A DNA stretch of 64,000 bases from the human T2T-CHM13v2.0 reference genome, Homo sapiens: NCBI RefSeq assembly GCF_009914755.1, contig NC_060926.1, one strand, 5' to 3'. Position numbers and translations under genes: made by a program. This document shows positions 1 through 45,650 of this stretch, in pieces (positions within the stretch are counted from its first letter, which is position 1; the number at the start of each line of letters is the position of its first letter). The notes beneath the pieces are model-generated. The model ran no database searches, was not told the DNA's origin, and worked only from the letters and a program-made list of their open reading frames with translations.

Positions 1-294
1 GTGTACATATTCTGTACGTACTGAATAAAACCTATTATGTAAGAAAATAAATAATGCTGAAAATGTGATCTTGGGGAATTCATATTTTACCTCAGGTTTG
101 TTTCTGGGTTTAAGATTTGTGACTCTCAATATTTGCTAGTGTAAGTAACGTAGTCAAATTAGGAAATCGGATTTTCGTATTTTCCCTCGAGTGAATAGGT
201 ATAATGCATGGATTTGGTTATGAGTCCTGAATTCTCTGTTCAATCTGTTGAAATTTTAAATGCAAATAAATACAGATAAAATCTGACATACATT

Positions 295-585
<291 letters not shown>

Positions 586-1599
586 GAAAAATCTGACACA
601 CATCCTAAAAGAGAAGCAGATGTTGTATAGGAGAAAATGTAATTACATTTGGTAACCTTTCTATTTTTATATTTGAAATATTAATATATTTTTCTAAAAC
701 CAACCTATACATAAAAGGTAGATGTTTGTTTTTAAATTTTCTTAACCAACCAGTTTTCTTTCTCCACTTTGGAAGGACAGAGACATTAGCTGTAGTAGAG
801 GTGGTATGTCACATATAAATCTAGTGAAATTTCTGAGCAATTATAAGAGATTGAGTTGAGATATTTACATTGAAGTAAATTATATAGAGGCATTAAAACT
901 AAGGGACCTAATTTTTAGAGTGAAATGTAGGTATCTGTTTACTACAATTGAATATTCAAACTGGAAAAAACAGTCATCAGTTATTGCTCTTCAATGGGAC
1001 TAAAAAATTGGTGCCCTTTTGAGTCTGCCAGCTTCCTTGCATATCATATTTTGGGATTTCCTGCTTTAGGAGATGTTTTTCTATGAGAATCCAGTCAGAT
1101 CAAAAATTGAATTTTATTTCAGAGAATGAGAGAGGCTGACAGCAATTAAAATAAGTATAAAAGATCTCCATAGTGTATTGAGTGATAAAAAGCAAATTAG
1201 GATATAATATGTGAAGTGATCTCATTTTTCAAGATTATATGATACCAAACATACATATGTACACGCAGATACATTTTGTTACTTTTAGCAACTAGAGAAC
1301 TGGAAGGGTAGATACCAAAGTCTAAATAGCACTCCAAGAGAGTGATGGTGGTAAGGGGGACGGATCATAGGGCAGATTCATTTACCGACTATAGGCAGTT
1401 TAGTTTTGAAATTTCAACAGCTTTCTTTTTTGAATTATAAAAACAATTTTAAGATTTTTTTTGAAAGAATAGTCTTTCACAATTGAGTTAAGGTGAAACC
1501 CATTAGAATTTCTTGAGAAAATAAATCTATATTATTTATTGTTCTTTTGAAGAGCAAAAGAATAGAAGAATACAACTAGGAAAAAATGTGTTTCTTTCT

Positions 1600-5711
<4,112 letters not shown>

Positions 5712-6232
5712 ATCTATATTCATTTTTAACATGAATTAGATAACTACATTTTGCTCCACTCCTTTTCACTTAATCAGTTGAGGTTGCCTTTTTAAAACTA
5801 TGATACAGTAATAAAATTGGTCTAAAAAGGCAGATAACAGAAAAGGGCAGTTTTATTTCTGTGACGTTACATATACCTAACACTGGTTTCATACAACTTG
5901 CTCCACAATGCCTTTTAAGTACTAAACATATTCAGAGGTCAGGGCTAGAAGATAACAAAATCTATTTAAGAGTTAGAGCTGAGAAGATTTCAGAAGCTTT
6001 ATAAAGGCATGCCAGGAAATGTCTACAATATTTCACAGCTTGGAGGAAGCAGGCAAAAAGAAAATCAAAACAAAGCTTCCAAATCTTTACTTTGCACGGA
6101 GGGGAAACCTATCTCCTGTGATTGTAGTTGTATTTTGTTGTATAAATTGACATAAGAATATTCCTGTTGAATCTTGATTTTATCCATGGCAGTGTTTTTT
6201 CATGAGTTATTTTCCTTGTGTGTTTGTTGCAG

Positions 6233-6316
6233 ACCCCTGTAAAAGAGCCCAACAGTGAAAATGTAGATATCAGCAGTGGAGGAGGCGTGACAGGCTGGAA
6301 GAGCAAATGCTGCTGA
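6233..6316 (+). CDS. RAB10: RAB10 last coding exon (C-terminal [27 protein letters not shown])
   Basis: Acceptor ...ttgttgcag at 6231-6232. Translation gives the RAB10 hypervariable tail ending in the CC geranylgeranylation motif, with TGA at 6314-6316. Confidence 0.97.
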   Translation, partial: TPVKEPNSENVDISSGGGVTGWKSKCC

Positions 6317-8750
6317 GCATTCTCCTGTTCCATCAGTTGCCATCCACTACCCCGTTTTCTCTTCTTGCTGCAAAATAAACCACTCTGTCCATTTTTAACT
6401 CTAAACAGATATTTTTGTTTCTCATCTTAACTATCCAAGCCACCTATTTTATTTGTTCTTTCATCTGTGACTGCTTGCTGACTTTATCATAATTTTCTTC
6501 AAACAAAAAAATGTATAGAAAAATCATGTCTGTGACTTCATTTTTAAATGTACTTGCTCAGCTCAACTGCATTTCAGTTGTGTTATAGTCCAGTTCTTAT
6601 CAACATTAAAACCTATAGCAATCATTTCAAATCTATTCTGCAAATTGTATAAGAATAAAGTTAGAATTAACAATTTTATTTTGTACAACAGTGGAATTTT
6701 CTGTCATGGATAATGTGCTTGAGTCCCTATAATCTATAGACATGTGATAGCAAAAGAAACAAACAAAAGCCAGGAAAACACTCATTTTCGCCTTGAATAT
6801 GTAAATGGGATTAATTTTGTCCTGTGCCTTATGTGGAAAGGAACTTCTTTGGTTTTCCTTTTTTGTTCTGGTGGAAGCATGTGCAGGAGACATATCATCC
6901 AAACATAAACCATTAAAATGTTTGTGGTTTGCTTGGCTGTAATTTTCAAAGTAGTTAATTGAGGACAAAGGGTAATGCAGAAGTGATAGCTTTGGTTTGC
7001 TGAGTCTTGTTTTAAGTGGCCTTGATATTTAAAACTATTCCTGCCACCATTTCTTCTCCTTGGCCACTTCTTCCTTGCGTCTCCCTGCATGCTGCTTTAT
7101 TTGCTTCTCCCTCCCCAACCACCTCATGGTATATTTAAGAGTGAAAGGGACAAACTAGTAGGTTTGTCAAGTTTAATATAAAGCACTGATGTAACTTGCT
7201 AGGTAAACGGAAAGATAAGTTCTAACTGCCTACTATCCAATGTCAGTTAATTGGTGTCTTCCCCCCTCATTTGCTCTCTTCCCTAAAATGTGTCCCAGAT
7301 GCCTTCATTTGCTGTTTTACTTCTATGTTCTGCTTTTCCTCCTCTCTTTGTTCCCTTCCTGTCTATCCATTGAGTTTATGAAATGGAAGAGTTAACTGCA
7401 TGCACTAGTGTTTGGAGGGTGTTGTGGTTTGTCTTTCTAATTAGGTGTATAGCCTATTCACTTTCCTAGAATAAATCTCTTAACCTAAATTTGAGTAGTC
7501 TGCATTTTGGCAACTCCTCTAGCAGCTTGGTAGCCTAGTACAGGTTGTTTTTTTAAAAAAGGAAAAGCAGGAAGGAGGAGTGAATTTTATTAACATGTTT
7601 GCCAAATGTATTGAGATTTGGCCTCTGAAGAACACTTTTTCAGTGTTAAGTTTCTTTACCTTAAGATTCAGAAATACTTTAGAATATTATTAATTTTAAG
7701 TCCTGTCTTTACATCCTTTTGGAAAACTTGTATTACCATGAGTTTGGAAAAAGGACAACGAAAGGCTTTTCATGTAAAGATAAGATCTTTAGCTATCTCT
7801 AACCCTGTCCTTTTTTCACTGCATTTTTTCTAGTTTTGCTTCATTGCTTATCATTAGGATAGGGTAAGTGAAGTTTGCTATGCTGCTAGCATCCTAAGAT
7901 GATACCTTTGTTGAAAGAATTGTGAATAGCATGATTCATTTCTAGCAGAGGCTGAGTTTAGGACAGCAGCTTCCATTGAGAAGTCTTTCTGTGTCGTGAA
8001 TAGCATTTTAATGACCTCTTGGCTCACATAAGCAAACAACATAGGGACGTATCTGCTATGAAAATCCACAAATTTTTCAGATAGTGCCCTAAAAACAATT
8101 TTATATGCCTCACTGGTTGTTATTCTTAGGTTATTCCCACACTTGACTTTATCATTGTTTACTACTAGTAAAAAGCAGCATTGCCAAATAATCCCTAATT
8201 TTCCACTAAAAATATAATGAAATGATGTTAAGCTTTTTGAAAAGTTTAGGTTAAACCTACTGTTGTTAGATTAATGTATTTGTTGCTTCCCTTTATCTGG
8301 AATGTGGCATTAGCTTTTTTATTTTAACCCTCTTTAATTCTTATTCAATTCCATGACTTAAGGTTGGAGAGCTAAACACTGGGATTTTTGGATAACAGAC
8401 TGACAGTTTTGCATAATTATAATCGGCATTGTACATAGAAAGGATATGGCTACCTTTTGTTAAATCTGCACTTTCTAAATATCAAAAAAGGGAAATGAAG
8501 TATAAATCAATTTTTGTATAATCTGTTTGAAACATGAGTTTTATTTGCTTAATATTAGGGCTTTGCCCCTTTTCTGTAAGTCTCTTGGGATCCTGTGTAG
8601 AAGCTGTTCTCATTAAACACCAAACAGTTAAGTCCATTCTCTGGTACTAGCTACAAATTCGGTTTCATATTCTACTTAACAATTTAAATAAACTGAAATA
8701 TTTCTAGATGGTCTACTTCTGTTCATATAAAAACAAAACTTGATTTCCAG
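6317..8750 (+). other. RAB10: RAB10 3'UTR (end approximate)
   Basis: Repeat-free AT-rich stretch after the stop. AATAAA at 6374, 6654, 7470 and 8687, TATAAA at ~8726, and a GU-rich downstream element at ~8751-8770. Confidence 0.85.
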
Positions 8751-8770
8751 CTGTGTGGTTTGGTTTTCAT
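8687..8770 (+). terminator. RAB10: RAB10 distal polyadenylation region
   Basis: AATAAA 8687-8692 and TATAAA variant, followed by tgtgtggtttggtttt GU-rich element. Confidence 0.7.
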
Positions 8771-9135
8771 TTATTTATGGAATTGGAAGATTACTTCTGA
8801 AAAAAATGTGGAATCGCAAACTCAAAGAGTTGACAAAAATGGGAAATCACTGTCAACCTATGGAAAACTGGAAAGGCAATTTCAAGAACTGTCTTTGCTG
8901 AGAAACTACATTAAAAAATAGAATTATCTCTGGGATCCTAAAGCGGAATCATCCTTGTGCCAAAATAGGAGATGCCACGATCCTAATCACACCTGGCTTA
9001 CACTAGTTGGATGTGCCTAAGGCCACTACAGCTGAGGTCACCTGATTCCTCAGGGGGACCAAGCTGGGCTCCTCATACTGGAGGGTAAATCCTTGTTTTA
9101 GCAGCAGCTGGCCTCTTACTAAGAAACAAAGTATT

Positions 9136-10409
<1,274 letters not shown>

Positions 10410-11422
10410 TTAAGCATATACAAGAGCCAAATAATTGTAATCTGGATTTTAATTGCTGTATTAATATATCAAGTTCAGTTGGTGAGAATGGGATTGCTTT
10501 TGGGGGGAGGAGGGACATTAATTGGTTCTTCGAAATGTCGATTCACTGGCTAGGGCAGATGGGGAGGTCATTGTAAGAAGAGACCACAGAGACTAGACAA
10601 TGACAGGCCCTGGGGAGTCATGGTAAACTCGAGAGTGGCGAGAGCAGTGTGTTTGTGGAAAGCAAGTTTAGATGGATTTGAATAGGAGAAACAAGGGTTC
10701 TAGAGGTCACATGGGAAGTCGTGTTAATCAGGGTTTCAATAAGACCGGGCTAAAATGGCAGAGGGAAATGCAGGGTTGAAGGCAAAGGTAGTGTGTGAAT
10801 GGGGGCGCGGTGTATTTCTGGTGAGCCTGCTAGGTGCTTTTTTGGCACTGCTCTAGGTACTTTGGGTTAGGTCTTCAACGTCCTTGTGAATTAGTACCCA
10901 AGAAGAAACGGCCTCAGATTAAGTCATTTGCTTAAGGTTGCACAGCCAGTTTGTGCTGGAGTCGGATTTTGAAACCAGGCCAACACCACTGTCCCTCCTG
11001 TGTTCACTTCACCTTATCACAGTTCTCAGGAGGGCCTGGGGTAATGAACAGGTGGCAGAGACAGCAGGAAGAGTCTGGAGTGGTTGTGTGACCATTTAGC
11101 CCAACCTTGGCACCTTCTAACAAAGAGTAATACCCTCGAAGTATACTTCATTTACTACTGTTTCTGCTTTATATTACCCCTCAGCATCTCGCGCAGAAGA
11201 AAGCAAAGGGAAGCAATGGGGCATCTGATTGGTCTGGGAGCTCCAGATAGCCAGCAGGTACTTGAAGGCTGCAAGCCAGCTTGAGAGCAGTGGCTGGAAC
11301 TGGAAGGGGTGTGCACACTACCAATAGCAAGTGAGCAAGAGAGACCCACAATAAACTGAAGGTTATTACAGTACTACAGTAGGCTCTAAGAAAGTCCCTT
11401 CTCCCACTTTAAGAAACAGGGC

Positions 11423-12720
<1,298 letters not shown>

Positions 12721-13521
12721 TGAAACCAGGGCTTCTTGAAATGGCAGATTCCAAGTTTGTGTCAGGAAAGGGGTAAAATGAGCCTGAAATAGCTGATTAC
12801 ATCAGATCTCAAACTCAAAATCTAGGGATGTTATCAAGATGGCTTGGGAGTTAACTTGAAGATGCTCACTCTGGCTAAAGATGGGACAGTCTGAACCTGT
12901 TGAATATGTGTAAATCCATGAGTTTATGATGATACCAAACACACATGCACACACCCCTAATTGGTCACTATTGGAGAATGCCAGGGAAATAGCTCTTCCC
13001 TCCCCCTACAACTCCTCTGGTGGTAAGTAAAAGAATCAATAATTAATCTTACCTTCCTTATATGAACTATACCACTGCGTAACTGAATAGTCAACAAGAT
13101 GAAGTTTCTCTGTACAGAAGTATTCCAACAACAACCAAAAAGAAGAAGTAATAGAGTCTTATCTCACAACCTCTGATGAATTCATGGATCTAGGCAACGG
13201 TCGATGGCTACTAACATCACAAAAAGATCCAACAAAACAGACATTTATGTTCCTTCTGACCAAGAGCACCATGCTTATGAGGAGGCCATGCCTGATCAAA
13301 AGATCAGATCTGTAGTTTAGAGCCAACTGCTAATTTATAGGAAAAACGAGCACAAAACATGTTATACTAAATCAATCAACAAAATCCAGACCGTAAACTT
13401 TACAGGACAATTGCTTCAGCCTCTTCAAAATTCAATTTCAATAGGTAGAGAGAGAAAAGCAGGCAAAGCTGAACTATAGTGCGTTTAGGAAAGTACAGCA
13501 TAATATACTAATGTAAATTAA

Positions 13522-19730
<6,209 letters not shown>

Positions 19731-20385
19731 CACCTCTTTGTGGTCTCTGCTCAAATGTCCCCTTGTCATTGAGACCTTCCCTGGCCACACTGCATAGGAC
19801 AGGAACAACACCTCTCCCAGTCCTGAATTCGCTATCCTTTTCACTTGGCTTTCTTTTTTCCTCCACAGCTCTTTCCACCACCTGACATATTAACATTTAC
19901 TGTTCATTTGTTTATTGCCTGTCTCTGCTAGGATAGAAGCTCCAAGTGGGCAGGGGCTCTTTCTGTCTTATTCATGGCTCTGTCTTCAGCACCTAGAACA
20001 GCACCCACTGCATGAACGATGCTATTTGTTGAATGAATAAACCTGATCTCTTGTGCCCCTACTTCCTACTGGGAAATCTACAGTGAAGAGAGGAGAATAA
20101 AACTAACATTTTTGCAGCATTTTCTTAGGGTCATGGAGGGATTCCTAGTGTCCCAAAGGTGCTTGTCTGAGTCCTGAAAGTGAAGGGGCTATTTGTAGTA
20201 AACAAACAAACAAACAAACAAAAAACCCACTTTAGGACATAATATAGGAAGTGGGCTGGGCTCAGTGGCTGGTGCCTGTAATTCAGCACGTTGGGAGGCT
20301 GAAGTGGGAGGATCACTTGAGCCCAGGAATTCGAGACCAGCTGAGGCAACAGTGAAGTCCCATTTCTACAAAAAATTAAAAAATT

Positions 20386-22855
<2,470 letters not shown>

Positions 22856-23264
22856 CTACCTCAAAAAAAAAAAAAAAAATTAAAGAATTAGCCGGGCATT
22901 GTGGTGCTTGCCTGTAGTCCCAGCTACTTGGGAGGTTGAAATAGAAGGGTCACTTGATCCCAGGAGTTTGAAGCCGCAGTAACCTATGATCACACCACTG
23001 CACTCCAGCCTGGGCGACAGAGTGAGACCTTGTTTCAAAAAAAAAAAAAAAAAAAGTCCATGTACTATATTATCACTGGATATGGAACTTTACCCTGAAC
23101 CATACAAAAGTATATTATATACAACTGATTAGAGTTTATAATTTCTTTTTTCAGAACTAAATGTTTTATCAACATTTAATTTCCCATAATATTATAGTAT
23201 TAAATGTTCACATAAAGAAAAACCAGAAGAGACTATGGACATTTATAAAACAGGGTTACACTAA

Positions 23265-27260
<3,996 letters not shown>

Positions 27261-27379
27261 TAGGCTGGGCACAGTGGCTCATGCCTATAATCCCAGCACT
27301 TTGGGAGGCTGAGGTGGGAGGATTGCTTGAGCCAGGAGTTAGAGATCAGCCTGGGCAACACAGTGAGACTCTGTCTCTA

Positions 27380-27948
<569 letters not shown>

Positions 27949-27989
27949 TGACAAAGAAAAAATTTTAAAAATTTAAAAAAGACAAAGAA

Positions 27990-29520
27990 CAAAACACAAG
28001 GCAAAAGTTTTAAATAGACATTTCTAAGGAAGATAGACAAAGGGCCAAAAAGCACATGAAAATATGTTCTATATCATTGGTCATTAAGGAAATGCAAATC
28101 AAAATTACAGTGAGAGACCACTTCACTCCCATTAGGACGGCTATAACAAAGCCAAACCAACAAACAGGCAAACTGTAAATTAGAAACCAGAAGACAGGCT
28201 GGGCGCGGTGGCTCACGCCTGTAATCCCAGCACTTTGGGAGGCCAAGGCGGGCGGATCACGAGGTCAGGAGATCAAGACCATCCTGGCTAACACGGTGAA
28301 ACCCCGTCTCTACTAAAAATACAAAAAAATTAGCCAGGTGTGGTGGCGGGCGCCTGTAGTCCCAGCTACTCGGGAGGCTGAGGCAGGAGAATGGTGTGAA
28401 CCCGGGAGGCAGAGCTTGCAGCAAGCCAAGATCGCGCACTGCACTCCAGCCTGGGGAACAGAGCAAGACTTGGTCTAACAACAACAACAAAAAAACGGAA
28501 GACAACAAGTGTTGATGGAGATACGGAGAAACTGGAACCCTCATATGTTGCTGATGGGAATGTGAAATTGTTCAACTACTACTGTGGAAAACAGTTTGAT
28601 GATTCCTCAGTAAGTCTAACATAGAATTACCAAACAACCCAGCAGTTCCACTCCTAGGTATTTACCCAGAAGAACTGAAAACAGGTATTTAAACAAAAAC
28701 TTGTACAAGAATGTTCTTACCAGCACTATTCACAATAGTCAAAAGGTAGAACAACTCAACTGTCCGTCAACTGCTGAAAGGATAACACATATGGTATATC
28801 CATACTTTGGAATATTATTCAGTCATAAAAAGTAACATAGTATTGATACACACTACATTATAGATGAACATGGAAAACATTATGGTAAATGAGTGAAGCC
28901 AGACACAAAAGGCCACTTGTTATATGATTCCATCATATGAAATAGCCAGAAGAGGTACATCTATAGAGACAGGAAACAAATCAGTGGTTGCGAGGGCTGA
29001 GGATTGAAATGGGGAGTGACTGCTTAATGGGCGCGGAATTTCCTTTTAGGTGATGAAAATGTCCTGGAACTAGTGAGGATGATTGCACAACATTGCAAAT
29101 GTACTAAATGCCACTGAATTGTCCTTTTTTTTTTTTTTTTTTTTTTTTTTTCAGAGATAGGGTCTCTCCCTTTCGCCCAGGCTGGAGTGAAGTGGCTTGA
29201 TCATAGCTCACTGTAACTTCGAACTTTTGGGCTCAAGTGATCCTCCTGCCTCAGCCTCCCTAGTAGCTGGGACTACAGGTATGTACCACCACACCTGGCT
29301 AATTTTTCTATTTTTTGTAGAGACAAGGTCTTGCTATATTGCCAAGCCTGGTCTCAAACTCCTGGCCTCAAGCAATCTTCCTGTCTCAGCCTCCTGTCTC
29401 AAAGTGTTAAAATTACAGGCATGAGCCACTGTGCTTAGCCTAAATTTTAAATTCTTAAATGATGAAGTTTAAATTTGTTGTGAATGTAAATTTATGTGAA
29501 TGTTACCTCGATTTTAAAAA
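27990..29520 (+). mobile_element. L1MB-like 3' fragment with nested Alus
   Basis: ggaaatgcaaatcaaaa..., gaagccagacacaaaaggccac..., ggggagtgactgcttaatggg L1MB motifs. Alus at ~28197-28495 and 29125-29440. Confidence 0.8.
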
Positions 29521-29569
29521 ATAGTGTTACATAATTTAATCAATGGTTCATTAGTAAATTAAACAGTTT

Positions 29570-30874
<1,305 letters not shown>

Positions 30875-31077
30875 TCATGTAATAGTGATTTCACAGTGAG
30901 TTTTGAGTTTACACTGGGTTTACTAGTGAGGTCAGGACCATAACATGAAAGATAATCCAATTGACCATGAAGGCGTTCCCATCAGTTGTTCAGTCACTCT
31001 GTAGGTGACTGGGTGGGGGCTTTCCCACAACTTCTGGAAACTCCTTGGTGGGCGGATCACCTGAGGCCAGGGGTTCA

Positions 31078-31404
<327 letters not shown>

Positions 31405-31522
31405 TCAACTCCTAGGATTTGCTGCCATCTTCAAGACATCAGGTCTTAAATCTGGAGAAGGAAGCTACACCACGCTTTTGGAGCCATGCATATTATCCAG
31501 GTCTATCTATTGCTCAGATTGG

Positions 31523-31858
31523 CAGAGGAGTGCTTTTGGTGTTTATCTTAAAGTAAGTTGTCACCCAACCCAAGGTCACCTAGATTTTCTCTTGTGTTAT
31601 TCTCTAGGAGTGCTATTATTTTATATTTTACATTTAGGTCTATGATCCATTTTGAAATAATTCTTGTGAAGGATGTAAGGTCTGTGTCTAGATTAGTTTT
31701 TTTGTTATATGTATGTCCAATTGTTCTGGAACCATTTGTTGAAAAAGACTGTGCTTTTTCCATTGAATTGCCTCTCCTTCTTTGTCAGAGATCAGTTGAC
31801 TATATTTGTGTGGATCTATTTCCGAGGTCTCTATTCTACTCCATTGATGTATTTGTCT
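31523..31858 (-). mobile_element. Internal L1 ORF2 fragment flanked by a 15-bp direct repeat
   Basis: Translates to [33 protein letters not shown] (L1 ORF2). Flanks are tattgc(t/a)cagattgg at 31508-31522 and 31859-31873. Confidence 0.8.
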
Positions 31859-31941
31859 TATTGCACAGATTGGAATTTCAGGGGAATTGTTGGACAATCT
31901 GTTTCAGGCGACAAAGGCAAAGCTGTTGGATCCCCAGCTAA

Positions 31942-32209
<268 letters not shown>

Positions 32210-32445
32210 TAGCCAGGATGGTCTCGATCTCCTGACCTTGGGATCCGCCTGCCTCGGCCTCCCAAAGTGCTGGGATTACAGGTGTGAGCCACCTCGCCCG
32301 GCCTATTTCTACAGTTTTACTCCATCATTTGCAGTCACTTAAGCCCAGATGACACCAAGTCCATCTGAGATGTTCAGGCAAGTGTGATTCTGAAATGGTG
32401 TGAAAGACCACTGACACAAAACCTCTCTTTTGGGAAACAGTTTGA

Positions 32446-32622
<177 letters not shown>

Positions 32623-32728
32623 TAGTAGAGATGGGGTTTCGCCATGTTGGTCAGACCACCTCAGCCTCCCAAAGTGCTGGGATTACAGGCGTGAGCCACC
32701 ATGCCCAACCCGAATAAAGTAATTTTTA

Positions 32729-32920
<192 letters not shown>

Positions 32921-33131
32921 TTAGCTGGGCGTGGTGGTGCACGCCTGTAATCCCAGCTACCTGGGGGCTAAGGCATGAGAATTGCTTGAACCTGGGAGGC
33001 AAAGGTTGCAGTGAGCCAAGATCGCTCCAGCTGGGGCGACAGAGTAAGACTCTGTCTCAAAAAAATAAAATAAATAAATAAATAGGAAGAGATGAAAAGG
33101 ATAATAAAGCTTCAGTTTAAAAATGTCTTAG

Positions 33132-35174
<2,043 letters not shown>

Positions 35175-36585
35175 AAAAATGTCTTAGTGATTACAGAGCT
35201 TAATTAAAATCAGTTTTACAAAACTAAAAATATAGAATGAACCAGGTGCAGGGGTGAGTGCCTGTAGTCTCAGCTCCCTGGGAGGCCGAGGCAGGAGGAT
35301 TGTTTGAGACCAGGAGTTCAAGGTCAGCCTGGGCAACAAAGTGAACCTCATCTCTAAAAAAATAAAAATTAATTAAATTAAAGTAAATAAAATTTAGAGT
35401 AATGAATATAATGAAACATTATAATTTATGACATTTTCCCTTAAGTTTAAAATACTATTTCGAGACAAAGGTTTTATTTCTTTTGGCTAAACATGCATTA
35501 TTTGCTTAAAAATAATGGACTTGGATAATATTCATGGCTCCAAAAGCATGGTATAACCTCCTTCTCCAGATTTAAGACCTGATGTTTTGAAGGTGGCAGC
35601 AAGTCCTAGGAGTTGACATACTGATTCCTTATATAACTGGGACCTATTTCTGTTGCCCATTTCAGGCAACTGCCATGGTATTGTAACTACAAACCCTGCT
35701 GCCAACCCGAGGACATCAGCTGACAGCCATCTGAGGACACAGTCACAATTCTGAGTCTGTACAATGTCCAGCCAGAGTTGCTCAGTGGGGTAAATAATTA
35801 CCTCAATCATATGCCCCATACACTGTCTAATCCTTAATCTTGTAAAAGAGAACCTGGAGGAGAATAGAAAATACAGTTTGAACAAAATGTTGAAACTGTA
35901 TCCATGGAAATTACTTACTGATTGTGAATGAAATGAAAGACAACTCCAAACAAATCAAAAGGTAGGTTATGTATGTTCGGTGCAAGTAATAAATGCCTAC
36001 ATTTGAAATAAAGATGTAGTGAAAGACTTTCTCTCAGCAAAGAAACTTAGGGTGAATGAGGGCACAGTGGTCACCTCCCTGGGTGACCTCTGAGGTGGCC
36101 AGCTGGCTGTGCCCTGCTGTGTAGGACCCGCCATCCCCACAAACTCGCATCTTGACCCGTTTCCCAGGGACTCTGCCCAGTAAGACTTTGCTCCAGTGGG
36201 GAACAGCTGGGCTGTGAGGCCCAGTGCTACCATTCTTTCTTTCTTTCTCTCTCTCTCTTTTTTTAATTTTTTGAGACAGGATCTCGCTCTGTTGCCCAGG
36301 CTGACAGAGCCTTGGCTCACTGCAGCCTCGACCTCCCTGGCTCAAGTGATCCTCCCACCTCAGCCTCCCAAGTAACTGGAACACAAGCTTGCACCACTAC
36401 ACTTAACTAGTATATATATATATATTTTTTTAGAGATAGGGTCTCGCTATGTTGCCCAGGCTGGTCTGGAACTCCTGGGCTCAAGCGATCCACCTGCCTC
36501 AGCCTCCCAAAGTACTAGGATTATAGGCATGAGCCACTGCACCCAGCTATGAGGACTCTTTTAATTCCTATTTTACAACGAGAGA

Positions 36586-37488
36586 CAGTGGTGTGCTGGC
36601 AAATGTTTTACAACCACACTCCAGAAAAAAAAAAAAAAGAGTCCTGATTCGTAAGATTTGCCAATTTCTGTAGTGTAAATACACCCACCATGGTCAGTTT
36701 CAAGCTATCAACATGCTATCCCTGGACACAGAGCTGGGAAGAAATGGATAGTAGCACAACATTATATAGTTTTTCTACTGTGCAGATATGATGGACATAA
36801 ATAACCCCAAGAGCATAGAAAATAGTAAAATGGGCCTGGCGCAGTAGCCCAGCTGTCATCCCAGCACTTTGGGAGGCTGAGGTGGGAGGACTGCTTGAGC
36901 CCAGGAGGTCAAGGCTGCAGTGAGCCATGACCGGGCCACTGCACTCCAGCCTGGGCAACACAGCAAGACTCTGTCTCGAAAAAGAAAAGAAAAGAATAGA
37001 ATGTAATAAAATAATGAGGAAATGATGAGTCAAATATTTATTATGGTCGTCATATAATTTGCTTGTAACTTTTTATAATTTAATTTAAAATAATGGCTAT
37101 CTTTAATAATCTACTTGCAAAATTCCTGAAATTTTGACAATTAGCTTTTTTTAAAATTACTATTTATTTATTTATCTATTTTGAGACAGAGTCTCACTCT
37201 GTCACCCAGGCTGGACTGCAGTGGTATGGTCTCTGCACTGCAACCTCTGCCTCCCGCGTTCAAGTGATTCTTGTGCCTCAGCCTCCCAAGTAGCTGGGAT
37301 TACAGGCGGGTGCCACCATACCCAGCTAATTTTTGTATTTTTAGTAGAGACGGGGTTTCGCCATCTTGGCCAGGCTGGTCTTGAACTCCTGGGCTCAAGT
37401 GATCCACCCGCCTCGGCTTCCCAAAGTGCTGGGGTTACAGATGTGAGCCACTACGCCCGGCCTGACAATTAGCTTTTGCCACCACTGG
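36586..37488 (+). mobile_element. MER63-like hAT DNA transposon interrupted by Alus
   Basis: Starts CAGTGGTGTGCTGGCAAATGTTTTACAACC and ends ..CACCACTGG (terminal inverted repeats). Confidence 0.7.
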
Positions 37489-37779
37489 GCAAGTAACTTG
37501 CACAGTCAATCATCCTTTCAGTCATAGGCCACTTTGCCTCATCTGCCGATGCCTGCAGTTAACCAGGCACCACATTAGTCCTTGTGGGGAATCAATTTGG
37601 AATAGATACATATCTATTCTCCTACAAGGATAGACATGGTGTCTGGGGAGGTGTATACAAGTAAATGACTAAAATGTAGTATAATAAGTGTTATGGCAGT
37701 GGTGTGACATGCACCACTGATTAATCTCACCTGAGGAGAGATTAATCTGATTTATCTTGGGGAATTAGACTGTTTTATT

Positions 37780-43614
<5,835 letters not shown>

Positions 43615-43770
43615 CTAAGGGGGCGCTGGGAACGTGGAAGGTGCTCTATGGTGGGGCGCTGTAGGGTGCTCTTGGGCAGTAGGGTTGGAGTCAAATCTGG
43701 GTTGAAGTCCAACCTAGGTTGAAGTCCTGGCTGCCACCTGACCTCTGCCCCTCAGTTTGCTCATCAGTAA

Positions 43771-45650
<1,880 letters not shown>

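Noticed and set aside
23056-23264. AT-rich ~200-bp segment between an Alu tail and the L1 5' junction, possibly a captured mRNA fragment
   Set aside because: No tail, TSD or recognisable source visible. A BLAST search is needed before making any claim.
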